Position numbers and translations under genes: made by a program
Origin: Minisyncoccota bacterium
GTDB taxonomy: Bacteria; Patescibacteriota; Minisyncoccia; SW-4-49-11
Direction: 5' to 3'
Length of the DNA stretch: 64,000 bases
Assembly: GCA_023264145.1 (NCBI GenBank)
Contig: JALQTA010000001.1
Location: 15,465-79,464, forward strand
The notes under the pieces: model-generated
What the model was told of the DNA's origin: nothing
Seen by the model: only the letters and a program-made list of their open reading frames with translations
Databases searched by the model: none
Shown here: positions 30,722 to 39,149 of the stretch, piece by piece
Layout of the letters: every line of letters begins with the position of its first letter
Numbering within the stretch: the first letter of the stretch is position 1

Positions 30722-31300
30722 TTATAGATTTGGTACAGCAGCAGCATACTTACTCCAAGCTTTGATTTGCCCTTCTGTTAAGTTTTGTGCATTCTGTACG
30801 GTCTCTGATAAGGTATCTACAGAGAAACTAATATCTTGACCAACGGTTAGATGATGCTGATAATAGCTATTCTTTAATACGGTTTCAGCATATAATTTTT
30901 GCTCTTTAGACAAGGTGATATTATTCATAGAACTATACTCTGCAATTGCTTTGCGAGCAAGATGAGTAACTCCATCTCCTTTTCCTGCGGATACAATAAT
31001 TGCTTCTTCGGTAGTCTTTACTTCAGTCTTAGCCTCTTTTGTCATTTCTTCTTTGGTATCGGTGTCTTCTGTCTTTGCTGTCTCTTCTGATGATTCAGTG
31101 TTTTCTGCGTCTTTGTCATTATTCTTGATATCGCTGACTTTTTCTTCTACATCTTTGTCATTCTCAGCAGGGTCTCGATTAAAGGCATAGATACCACTAA
31201 TAATCAAGAATACAATTAAAAGAATAGATACGATATTTTTCGCCCAAAATCCTTTATTTTCATCTTGCTGTTCTTCTGTTGTTTGCTTTTCTTCACTCAT
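30722..31300 (-). CDS. hypothetical membrane-anchored protein with an acidic low-complexity linker
   Basis: One TM near residue 25, an E/K/D/T-rich linker, and a ~90-aa C-terminal domain of unknown function. Confidence 0.3.
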   Translation of the reverse strand: MSEEKQTTEEQQDENKGFWAKNIVSILLIVFLIISGIYAFNRDPAENDKDVEEKVSDIKNNDKDAENTESSEETAKTEDTDTKEEMTKEAKTEVKTTEEAIIVSAGKGDGVTHLARKAIAEYSSMNNITLSKEQKLYAETVLKNSYYQHHLTVGQDISFSVDTLSETVQNAQNLTEGQIKAWSKYAAAVPNL

Positions 31301-31327
31301 TTCTATTCACCTCCTTTCCGTATTCGA

Positions 31328-32170
31328 TTATTTCTTTAAGGTAATCATCAGATGTCTATCAAGTTCTTGTATATCTTTATATATCTCAATATGAGAATAA
31401 GGAGCGGCGGTCATAATAAAGGTTGAGATATCCGGTACTTGTTCAGGATTAATCTCTATCAAGAGACGGGGATATACAATAAAACGACTCAAAATGCTTG
31501 TCATAAGCTGTTTATAGTGGTCTAATCCTTTATCAGGGGAATAGAGCGCTATATCAGGCTCATACAAAAGAGAGTCGTCTGTATATATGTTTTGATCGAG
31601 ATAGGGTAAATTGGCGACAATAATATCAGGTTGATTGGAAGGAAACTCTTGGAGTAAGTCGCTACAAATCCATGAAATAGGATGTCGTTTACCTGAAATA
31701 ATTATATCATTATTCTTGGCAACTTGTAAGGTATCGGAGGAAATATCAGAAGCCGTGATATGAGCTTGAGGGATTTCAAGAGCTAACGTTATCGCAATAC
31801 ATCCACTTCCAGTACCAATTTCCCATAAAACTGGCTCGGTATCAAAAGATTGGCTTTTGATAATATCAATAATGGCTTCACTTTCTGGCCGAGGGATAAG
31901 AGTATGCTGATTTACACAGAATATTCTTCCATAAAATTCCTTATATCCAAGAATATAGGCAATAGGTTTATGATTGATACGCTCTTGAATATACCCAAGA
32001 ATAATATCGATTTCATTCTCAGGAATATCAAGCTCGGACTGCATAATACAGTCAAGTTTATTGAGTCCGGTGACATATTCTATAATCAGATAGGTATCTA
32101 ATTCTGGAGTAGGGGAATGAGGTTTCAGGAGTATATTACTCTTCTGAATGATTTCTTTTATAGTCATCAA
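31328..32170 (-). CDS. prmC: release factor glutamine N5-methyltransferase
   Basis: EIGTGSGCIAITLA SAM-binding motif and NLPY catalytic motif. It overlaps prfA, the usual arrangement. Confidence 0.75.
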   Translation of the reverse strand: MMTIKEIIQKSNILLKPHSPTPELDTYLIIEYVTGLNKLDCIMQSELDIPENEIDIILGYIQERINHKPIAYILGYKEFYGRIFCVNQHTLIPRPESEAIIDIIKSQSFDTEPVLWEIGTGSGCIAITLALEIPQAHITASDISSDTLQVAKNNDIIISGKRHPISWICSDLLQEFPSNQPDIIVANLPYLDQNIYTDDSLLYEPDIALYSPDKGLDHYKQLMTSILSRFIVYPRLLIEINPEQVPDISTFIMTAAPYSHIEIYKDIQELDRHLMITLKK

Positions 32171-33179
32171 AGGCAGTTAATATATGAGTAAAATCACCAA
32201 GGAGAATAGATTCGATATCAGAAAAGTTCTGTTTAATACGATGATCAGTGATACGGTCTTGAGGAAAATTATAGGTTCGAATTTTCTCTGATCTATCTCC
32301 TGTTCCAATTTGATTCTTACGGAAAGCGGCTTCTTTCTCTGCCTGCTCTTGTTTCATTTTATCCAAAATACGGGTACGGAGAATTTTCATTGCCTTATCC
32401 TTATTTTTGAGCTGTGATTTTTCATCTTGACAAGATACTACGGTATTGGTAGGAATATGAGTGATACGTACGGCTGAGTCGGTGGTATTAACACTTTGTC
32501 CTCCTGGACCACTAGAGCGAAATACATCAATCTTCAAATCATTAGGATTAATATCAATATCAACTTCTTGAGCAATCGGTAATACTGCTACCGTAATGGT
32601 AGAGGTGTGAACACGACCAGCTTTTTCTGTTTTAGGAACTCGTTGTACGCGATGTACCCCACTTTCATATTGGAGATATTGATATATTTCATGACCTCTT
32701 GCTTCAAGAATAACTTCTTTTATTCCTCCCACAGGGTTTTCGGATAAAGACAATATTTCGGTTTTTGCTCCATTCTTTTGGAGAAAGGTTACATAGGCTT
32801 TGAATAATTCTAGAGCAAATAATCCTGCTTCATCACCTCCAGCTCCAGCTCGAATTTCTACAATAATTTCATTTGCAAAATGCTCTTTAGGGGATAAAAT
32901 TTCATTCCATGCGGACTCAGCTATATCGAGACGAGCTTGAAGGGAAGATAGTTCTTCAGCGGCTATCTCTTTCATTTCTGGATCATCTAATAAGGCAGTA
33001 GCTTCTTGAATTTGAGACTTGAGATGTTCAATGGTCTGTAATAATTCAATATGAGAAGCTAATTCGGTATGGCGTTTTGATATATGGATAAAATCAGGAT
33101 GAGCAAATATCTGGGGATCAGACATCTGCTCAGATAACACATCATATTCTTGTTGAATATCAGCTAAAGAAAGGCTCAT
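32136..33179 (-). CDS. prfA: peptide chain release factor 1
   Basis: GGQ motif (SSGPGGQSVNTTDSAVRITHIPT) and an RF-1-type N-terminus. Confidence 0.85.
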   Translation of the reverse strand: MSLSLADIQQEYDVLSEQMSDPQIFAHPDFIHISKRHTELASHIELLQTIEHLKSQIQEATALLDDPEMKEIAAEELSSLQARLDIAESAWNEILSPKEHFANEIIVEIRAGAGGDEAGLFALELFKAYVTFLQKNGAKTEILSLSENPVGGIKEVILEARGHEIYQYLQYESGVHRVQRVPKTEKAGRVHTSTITVAVLPIAQEVDIDINPNDLKIDVFRSSGPGGQSVNTTDSAVRITHIPTNTVVSCQDEKSQLKNKDKAMKILRTRILDKMKQEQAEKEAAFRKNQIGTGDRSEKIRTYNFPQDRITDHRIKQNFSDIESILLGDFTHILTAFDDYKRNHSEE

Positions 33180-33206
33180 ATGATAAAGGTCGCTAAATAG
33201 GGTAAC

Positions 33207-33428
33207 TTATTTTTGAGAAAGTTGGCTTTTCTTTTCCATTTTGAGTCGGAATTTTTCAACTCGTCCAGCAGTATCTACAAGAGTTCTTTTTCCGGTATAA
33301 AAAGGATGGCATTTTGAACATACTTCAATAGAAATTTTATCTCGAGTTGCTCCAATTTCAAATTCACTACCACATGATATACATTTCACGGTAGAGCGAT
33401 AATAAGTGGGATGAATACCAGGTTTCAT
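33207..33428 (-). CDS. rpmE: 50S ribosomal protein L31
   Basis: MKPGIHPTYY...CSKCHPFYTGK is a classic L31 with a Cys ribbon. Confidence 0.8.
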   Translation of the reverse strand: MKPGIHPTYYRSTVKCISCGSEFEIGATRDKISIEVCSKCHPFYTGKRTLVDTAGRVEKFRLKMEKKSQLSQK

Positions 33429-33593
33429 AGAATACAGTCTTTAGTAATACGTATAATTATCTGTAATAATATCACAGAATAAGAATAAAGTCAATGTATT
33501 ACGAGGGATAAATATTACCATAATTGCTATCTAGAGATATAATATGATATACTAACAAAAGAAATAATATATAAACATAATTATTATATTTGT

Positions 33594-34334
33594 ATGGAAT
33601 CCAATATGACTCTTGGTGACATTGTTGCAAAAATACAAAGAAAGTTCAATACGGTGGTGATTATTACCTTGACATTCGTGTTAGTGGGGGTAGGTATTAC
33701 TCTTATTCTCCCGAAACAATATCGGGCTGAATCCCAATTAGTAGTTATTCAAAAAGCAAATCCAGGGATAGATTCATATACCGCTCAGAGATCTATTGAC
33801 TCTAATGTTGATTTGCTTATTAACTTAGCCTATACCGATGCATTTTTCAGCAGTTTTACGGTAGATAATGTTGAAATTCGTAATGCCTTCCCTGAAAATT
33901 TAAAAGATAGGAGAACTCAATTTGCAAGAAATGTAGTGGTACAGGCAAGAGGAACGGGATTTATTTCAGTCTTAACCTATGATGGTTCATCAGAATTGGC
34001 CTTGACCATGAATCAAGTTGCAGTTAATAAACTTATTGACCAAGCAAAAGTTCTTTTAGGAGATACTGCCAATATACAGATAGTCAATCAGCCATCACTC
34101 TTTGATGGTGTTGGGCGGCCAGATATCACCATTAATCTATTAGGTTCTGCAATAGTAGGATTAGCAGTAGCTATAGGATATGTACTATCGCGTAAAGAAA
34201 ATACTCTTGTGTATGATTTTGGGATAGATGAAGAAGGAGGATCTTCGTCAGAGGAGTTTAATTCTTTCAATACGACCTCAGTTATACCTCCATCTATTAC
34301 TACTGATACTGAATATGATTCTCAATCCTTCTAG
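33594..34334 (+). CDS. Wzz-like polysaccharide chain-length determinant protein
   Basis: An N-terminal TM (after FNTVVIITLTFVLVG) followed by the LPKQYRAESQLVV motif region, and a C-terminal TM. Confidence 0.45.
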   Translation: MESNMTLGDIVAKIQRKFNTVVIITLTFVLVGVGITLILPKQYRAESQLVVIQKANPGIDSYTAQRSIDSNVDLLINLAYTDAFFSSFTVDNVEIRNAFPENLKDRRTQFARNVVVQARGTGFISVLTYDGSSELALTMNQVAVNKLIDQAKVLLGDTANIQIVNQPSLFDGVGRPDITINLLGSAIVGLAVAIGYVLSRKENTLVYDFGIDEEGGSSSEEFNSFNTTSVIPPSITTDTEYDSQSF

Positions 34335-35727
34335 GGTTATTTTATTGGTTGGAGCATTAGTGCTTTTTTCTGGAGTTATGCTTTTAGATAGAGGTATTGC
34401 CCCCTTTATTTTACTTGCCGCATTATTGATATTTGTGAGTATTATACGACTTTCAGTTCCTGCAGTATTTTATACGTTACTTATTATTCGTCCCTCCTTG
34501 GATATATTTGGTGCTTATGTTTTTGTCATATCTTCTAATTTACCAAGTATTAATATCGCAGGAATTGTTGCTCTTATATCAATTATTGTCAGTATTATTT
34601 TAATATATCGTTCTCAGAAAAGAATATTAACTATTCCTCTCAGTGCTTTATTTATATTTCTATTCTTTATATATGGGATATTTACCGTCTTATCATTGCA
34701 TCCTATCGCCTCTATCAATGAATTAATACGGGTATCCTCCTTTTTATTGATGTACTTTACTGGATATGTGGTAATTAATACAAAATATGATCTTACTCGG
34801 ATTATATGGGCTATTATTATATCATCCATTATACCAACTATAGTTGGGTATATCCAACTATTTAATGGGGCTGGTCTTTATACCAATCCCGGATTTGAGA
34901 ATCGTATAGCCGGTACCTTTGGCCATCCAAATGTATTGGGGTATTTTTTATTAATTATTATTGCGTTAATTGTCTATCTTTATTTTGAAAACCCAGCTCG
35001 GAAACCTTTATATAAGACATTATTAATCACCTATGGCGTTCTATTAGGGGTGCTTTTATTATCTACTTATACTCGAGGTGCTTGGATTGGGATAAGTTTA
35101 TTATTATTAGGAGTGAGTATTATTCGATATACCAAAAAAACACTGATTATAAGTGCGATTGCTATTCCTATTATGGCAATAAGTGCATTTAGCTATACGT
35201 GGGTACAAACGAATATTATTTATGATTTAACTCCATTAGAAGATATTTCAGTTATATCGAGAGTGGTGGGGCTTTTTAATGGGGATCCAAGTGACTCTAT
35301 TATATGGAGACAAATTATGTGGTCAGATATGTATAATAAGGCTTTAACCCGTCCTATTATTGGATTTGGGGCGGGGACTATCGAAATTATCGTAGAGGAA
35401 GTGAGGGGAGTTTCATTGGGAGCTCTAGAAGCTCATAATGATTATATTAAAATTTTGGTTGAAATGGGAGTAATTGGATTATTCTCGTATATTACATTTA
35501 TATTAGCGCTACTCTATAGTTTATTAATACGTATTCAATCAAAGCAGGATACCTTATTTTTGATTATGACTTTCTTGGTTTTAGCTATTTATTTATCAAG
35601 TATTTGGGATAATTTATTAAGACAAACAGCAGTAATGTGGATATTTTTTGGCTTATTAGGTGTGGTAATGAAATATCATACTATTCGTGCAAAAGATCCT
35701 TCAAAAGATTCTCCCACTGAGGAGTGA
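34315..35727 (+). CDS. O-antigen ligase / Wzy-family polysaccharide polymerase-like membrane protein
   Basis: 10-12 TM helices with a large loop containing RGAWIG and, further downstream, HNDYI motifs. The start is moved to MILNPS to limit overlap. Confidence 0.5.
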   Translation: MILNPSRVILLVGALVLFSGVMLLDRGIAPFILLAALLIFVSIIRLSVPAVFYTLLIIRPSLDIFGAYVFVISSNLPSINIAGIVALISIIVSIILIYRSQKRILTIPLSALFIFLFFIYGIFTVLSLHPIASINELIRVSSFLLMYFTGYVVINTKYDLTRIIWAIIISSIIPTIVGYIQLFNGAGLYTNPGFENRIAGTFGHPNVLGYFLLIIIALIVYLYFENPARKPLYKTLLITYGVLLGVLLLSTYTRGAWIGISLLLLGVSIIRYTKKTLIISAIAIPIMAISAFSYTWVQTNIIYDLTPLEDISVISRVVGLFNGDPSDSIIWRQIMWSDMYNKALTRPIIGFGAGTIEIIVEEVRGVSLGALEAHNDYIKILVEMGVIGLFSYITFILALLYSLLIRIQSKQDTLFLIMTFLVLAIYLSSIWDNLLRQTAVMWIFFGLLGVVMKYHTIRAKDPSKDSPTEE

Positions 35728-36940
35728 TAGTTTTTTGAGCAAAGTCTTGTATACGCAGAGAAGATTTTTGATGATATGAATTATATATTTCATCATTACA
35801 TAATATCAATTCCATAGCAGATACGAGATACTGTTCAGACTGAGATAAGGAATAGGGTTTTTCTGGGAGAGTATTATGATCAAGGGGAATTAATATTCCA
35901 TATTCTGCTTGTTCTATTATGGAGGTTTTGACGGTAATATCGCTACTTGGAGCCAATAATTCTCGTGGACCAGAATCAGAATCCGAGGCAATAACAGGAG
36001 TTCCAATGATTAAGCTTTCAACAAGTACATTGGGAAGCCCTTCATAATGAGAAGGAAGAATAAGTACTTTAGCCTGAGCAATAAATGCAAATGGGTTTTT
36101 CTGGAATCCCAGAAAGTATATATCATAATTATCCTTAATATCTTGATTATCCCATACGGTATATACCTTGAGTCCTAAACTTCTTGCAAAATTAAGATGA
36201 TATTCTCTCAAGGGGCCATCCCCCAAAATAATATACCGAATATTAGGATGAGTTTTTTTGAGACTATGAAATGCAAGAATACTATGCCAAAATCCTTTTT
36301 GACGAGATAATCTTCCGGTTGATATACATACAGGGTTTTGATATAGAGAAGCATATTCACCAATATCCTGATGAGCTAATGCTCTAATACCATCTATATC
36401 AAAAGGATTGAGAATAACTTGAATCTTATCTTTAGGGAGGCCTAATTGAATCAGATTGGCTTCAATTCCCCGAGAGACCGCAATAATACGAGTATGAAAT
36501 CGCTCTAATAATTTGACAAGACCTAAATAAATAGTACTTCTAAAGAATACTCCTTCCTGAGTATAATTAGAGGTGAGATGGCTATGAATAACTCCAATAG
36601 ACAAATGGTGAGAGAATGGTTTTGCTAAAATATTCACAAAATCAGCTCTTTCAAGATGACTAATACATAGATGTATCTGATTTTGCTTAAGATATTGAGC
36701 TAGCTTAAAGGGAAGAAGAGGAAATTGTAATAATTTTTTGAATTTAGAGGATTGTCCTTTGATATCTGATAAAAAATGTATCGAGAAATTATCGGGCATA
36801 ATATAGGAATCTTGATGTTCAAGGGCAATAATATGGACTGTATATCCTAAATCTTGGAACATCTGAGCTTGAGTAATAGCTATTTTCTGAGCTCCACCTC
36901 CTTCAAAATTGGTAATTAAGATAGCAATAGATTGTTTCAT
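35681..36940 (-). CDS. family 1 (GT4-type) glycosyltransferase
   Basis: GRLSRQKGF and LPSHYEGLPNVLVESLIIGTPVIASD GT1 C-terminal motifs. The start is set at MKQSIAIL (ATG at 36938..36940). Confidence 0.65.
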   Translation of the reverse strand: MKQSIAILITNFEGGGAQKIAITQAQMFQDLGYTVHIIALEHQDSYIMPDNFSIHFLSDIKGQSSKFKKLLQFPLLPFKLAQYLKQNQIHLCISHLERADFVNILAKPFSHHLSIGVIHSHLTSNYTQEGVFFRSTIYLGLVKLLERFHTRIIAVSRGIEANLIQLGLPKDKIQVILNPFDIDGIRALAHQDIGEYASLYQNPVCISTGRLSRQKGFWHSILAFHSLKKTHPNIRYIILGDGPLREYHLNFARSLGLKVYTVWDNQDIKDNYDIYFLGFQKNPFAFIAQAKVLILPSHYEGLPNVLVESLIIGTPVIASDSDSGPRELLAPSSDITVKTSIIEQAEYGILIPLDHNTLPEKPYSLSQSEQYLVSAMELILCNDEIYNSYHQKSSLRIQDFAQKTITPQWENLLKDLLHE

Positions 36941-37011
36941 ATAGCTATAGTATAACGTATTTTTAGAATATTGACGATAGTAGGATATATACATAACCTT
37001 GTTGTATACTA

Positions 37012-37040
37012 TTGACAAAATGGCTATTTTATGCTATTAT
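37012..37040 (+). promoter_or_regulatory. island promoter copy 1: TTGACAAAATGGCTATTTTATGCTATTAT (-35 TTGACA, 17-nt spacer, -10 TATTAT)
   Basis: Read directly from the sequence; 28 nt upstream of the island gene A start. Confidence 0.55.
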
Positions 37041-37068
37041 CACACAGAACCTTATGCCTCGGAGGCAT

Positions 37069-37992
37069 ATGTACATTCTCAAACTGATGATGGGGACTCT
37101 GGTCCTCATCGCAACCGCCATCCCGGTTATGGCACAGGGCCTTCCCGTTACCTGCAAGCAGGTGGGAGACAAGGCCGTCATCTCCACCCCCGGTTTTTCG
37201 GGGTCGTGGATGAGCTTCGGATCAGGGCGCTTGAGCCCAGCCTCGACGGAGACGGTAATTCCGAACTTTCGGAATGCACCGTTTCCCTTGGTCGGGAACA
37301 AGGCTGTGAATCCTGGTGATCCGCAGTCTTGGTTCAAGATCGAGAGGGTGACTCCCGAACAAAAGCGTGCCTCCGGGTGTGGCTTTGTTCAGGCAGGGGT
37401 CCTGATCCCGGGAAGCAACTGGACTCCGGTGCAGATCGCGAATACCCGTTCGCAACTTTCTGCGCAGGGAGGAGTGCTCGGAAATCCCGCTACCTTTGCC
37501 GTGGTTCCTGTCCCCGCCGTAGGACCGGCGACCCGTTCCAGGGTGATTATCTCTCGTAAGGGAGATGCCATCACCTTGGAACTGCCTCCTTCCACGGAGA
37601 GCAGTCAATGGGTAGTTCAGCGGGGACAGTCCGGCCCCATTGTTGGACGACCCACCACGGGTATCGAGGGGCTTCATCGCACCTCGACCTTCCTCAGCGC
37701 CTATCAGCGCTTTGAGGCGGTGGTGAAGACCAATCGTGGCTGGCCTGTCACCGTGCCCCTGACTCTTCAGGGTCTGCGGATTACTGGCACCTTGCCAGCA
37801 GATTGGCATTCCTTCGCCATTGTGGCAAGGGGATCAGGGCAGGACGCCTGGTTGCAGGTGGGCCCCGCCATTGAGCAGGGGCTTACCCAGCATGATGGTG
37901 TCCCAGATGCTTTCTGGGGAGGGCGGACGGACAATTCGTTGTTTACCGTTCCTGGGAACAACCCCAACCCGGGGTATTTCTGGACCCGCTGA
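37069..37992 (+). CDS. GC-rich island gene A: secreted protein of unknown function (307 aa, signal peptide MYILKLMMGTLVLIATAIPVMAQG)
   Basis: RBS GGAGG 4 nt upstream of the ATG at 37069 and a clean signal peptide. About 60% GC against a ~30% background. The track ORF 37012..37992 is trimmed to the RBS-supported start. Confidence 0.55.
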   Translation: MYILKLMMGTLVLIATAIPVMAQGLPVTCKQVGDKAVISTPGFSGSWMSFGSGRLSPASTETVIPNFRNAPFPLVGNKAVNPGDPQSWFKIERVTPEQKRASGCGFVQAGVLIPGSNWTPVQIANTRSQLSAQGGVLGNPATFAVVPVPAVGPATRSRVIISRKGDAITLELPPSTESSQWVVQRGQSGPIVGRPTTGIEGLHRTSTFLSAYQRFEAVVKTNRGWPVTVPLTLQGLRITGTLPADWHSFAIVARGSGQDAWLQVGPAIEQGLTQHDGVPDAFWGGRTDNSLFTVPGNNPNPGYFWTR

Positions 37993-38010
37993 TCTTCCGT
38001 TAACAAGTTC

Positions 38011-38045
38011 GCCGCCAGCACCCAGTGCTGGCGGCTTTTTCTTTT
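38011..38045 (+). terminator. intrinsic terminator GCCGCCAGCAC-cca-GTGCTGGCGGC followed by TTTTTCTTTT
   Basis: 11-bp perfect GC-rich stem plus a T-run, 19 nt after the gene A stop. Confidence 0.6.
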
Positions 38046-38072
38046 GACTTGATATATAGGGAAATATATGGT
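38044..38072 (+). promoter_or_regulatory. island promoter for gene B: TTGACT-17-TATGGT (weaker variant)
   Basis: TTGACT at 38044..38049, a 17-nt spacer and TATGGT at 38067..38072; it abuts the preceding terminator T-run. Confidence 0.35.
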
Positions 38073-38106
38073 ATGGTGAAATAGCAAATTATGAGGTTTT
38101 CCTCTC

Positions 38107-38547
38107 ATGCAAAGGCTCATCTGTTCTTTGGTGACTGTGGTTTCATTGTCCGTTCCTTCATCTGCTTTGGCTCAGTATTACCCATATCAAGGAGGTGGTA
38201 CTCAATATGGCCATCAACAGAAAGATCCTGACTATCTGGAACTCCGGTTTCGAGATGGTCGGCGGGTAGTTACATACCCTGTTTCTGGTACTCGACATGA
38301 AGATGTTGCTGCTCAGCACGGTATTGCCTACTGTGAGCAATATTGGAGAGAAGTGGTACCTCCTCCAGGATTCGGATACGCTGCAGTGATCTCTCAGGGG
38401 GCTTGTAGGGGTAGGCAGATCAATCACCAACCGATTAATCGGTACCCCGATCACAAACATCAACGTCGATGGGTAAATCCTGTTCCAAGGCAACATCTTC
38501 CCATTTTGAATGGAGGAAGTAACTGTCTGCTTTTCTGTTTTAACTAG
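38107..38547 (+). CDS. GC-rich island gene B: small secreted Cys-containing protein, paralog of gene C; the 3' end may read through past the original stop
   Basis: RBS GAGG 10 nt upstream of the ATG. Signal peptide MQRLICSLVTVVSLSVPSSALAQ. It shares a ...V/I..P.RPGFGYAA.I.Q C-terminal block with gene C. About 45 codons after that block are lower-GC and have no counterpart in gene C. Confidence 0.45.
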   Translation: MQRLICSLVTVVSLSVPSSALAQYYPYQGGGTQYGHQQKDPDYLELRFRDGRRVVTYPVSGTRHEDVAAQHGIAYCEQYWREVVPPPGFGYAAVISQGACRGRQINHQPINRYPDHKHQRRWVNPVPRQHLPILNGGSNCLLFCFN

Positions 38548-38589
38548 ATGTGTTTCTGTCCCATACAACCGTTTTCTTAATCTCTTCGC

Positions 38590-38623
38590 GCCGGTAGTGG
38601 TAAACTGCCGGTATTTTTTTTTG
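38590..38623 (+). terminator. hairpin (G)CCGGTAG-tggtaaa-CTGCCGG(T) followed by TATTTTTTTTTT
   Basis: 7-8 bp stem with one G-U pair and a 10-T run, 43 nt after the gene B stop. Confidence 0.45.
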
Positions 38624-38633
38624 CTCTAACCTC

Positions 38634-38662
38634 TTGACAAAATGTATAAAATATGCTATAGT
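38634..38662 (+). promoter_or_regulatory. island promoter copy 2: TTGACAAAATGTATAAAATATGCTATAGT (-35 TTGACA, 17-nt spacer, -10 TATAGT)
   Basis: Read directly from the sequence; 27 nt upstream of the gene C start. Confidence 0.55.
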
Positions 38663-38689
38663 GCCATCGTCAACACTTGGAGCAATCCA

Positions 38690-38998
38690 ATGAAGTGCCT
38701 TTCCAGCTTCGCCAGCGTTCTGCTGGCTTCCACCTTGCCCCTCCTCGCCGTGGCTCCCGCCATGGCAACCCCTCAGCCCCAGGAGGGTCGGGGGATGCTC
38801 CCCGATCTCATTCTTCTCAAGTTCGCCGATGGGCGAATGGAGGAGGTGTCCAATCCCTCCCGTGCTGCGGGGGGGCGGCCCCACGAAGTGGTGGCCGCTG
38901 AAAAGGGGATTCCGACGGCCTGCCAAGCGTGGCAGGAAATCCCGTCTCGGCCAGGATTCGGATACGCTGCACAGATCACCCAGATCTGTGGTAACTGA
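38690..38998 (+). CDS. GC-rich island gene C: small secreted protein (102 aa), paralog of gene B
   Basis: RBS GGAG 7 nt upstream of the ATG at 38690. Signal peptide MKCLSSFASVLLASTLPLLAVAPAMA. It ends ...RPGFGYAAQITQICGN. The track ORF 38642..38998 is trimmed. Confidence 0.5.
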   Translation: MKCLSSFASVLLASTLPLLAVAPAMATPQPQEGRGMLPDLILLKFADGRMEEVSNPSRAAGGRPHEVVAAEKGIPTACQAWQEIPSRPGFGYAAQITQICGN

Positions 38999-39021
38999 GC
39001 CTGCTCAGCAATCGTCCAATC

Positions 39022-39049
39022 GCCCCCTGCACTGCAGGGGGCTTTTTTT
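39022..39049 (+). terminator. intrinsic terminator GCCCCCTG-cactg-CAGGGGGC followed by TTTTTTT
   Basis: 8-bp perfect GC stem plus a 7-T run, 23 nt after the gene C stop. Confidence 0.6.
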
Positions 39050-39085
39050 ATTCTCTTATGATACTATTTCAGATGTTGTTATCTA

Positions 39086-39114
39086 TTGACAAAATAGCTA
39101 TTATATGCTATAAT
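39086..39114 (+). promoter_or_regulatory. island promoter copy 3: TTGACAAAATAGCTATTATATGCTATAAT (-35 TTGACA, 17-nt spacer, -10 TATAAT)
   Basis: Perfect -35 and -10 hexamers with a 17-nt spacer; 35 nt upstream of the gene D start. Confidence 0.6.
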
Positions 39115-39149
39115 CTCAACGTTCTGTACATTCTCAACGGAGTTTTCTT

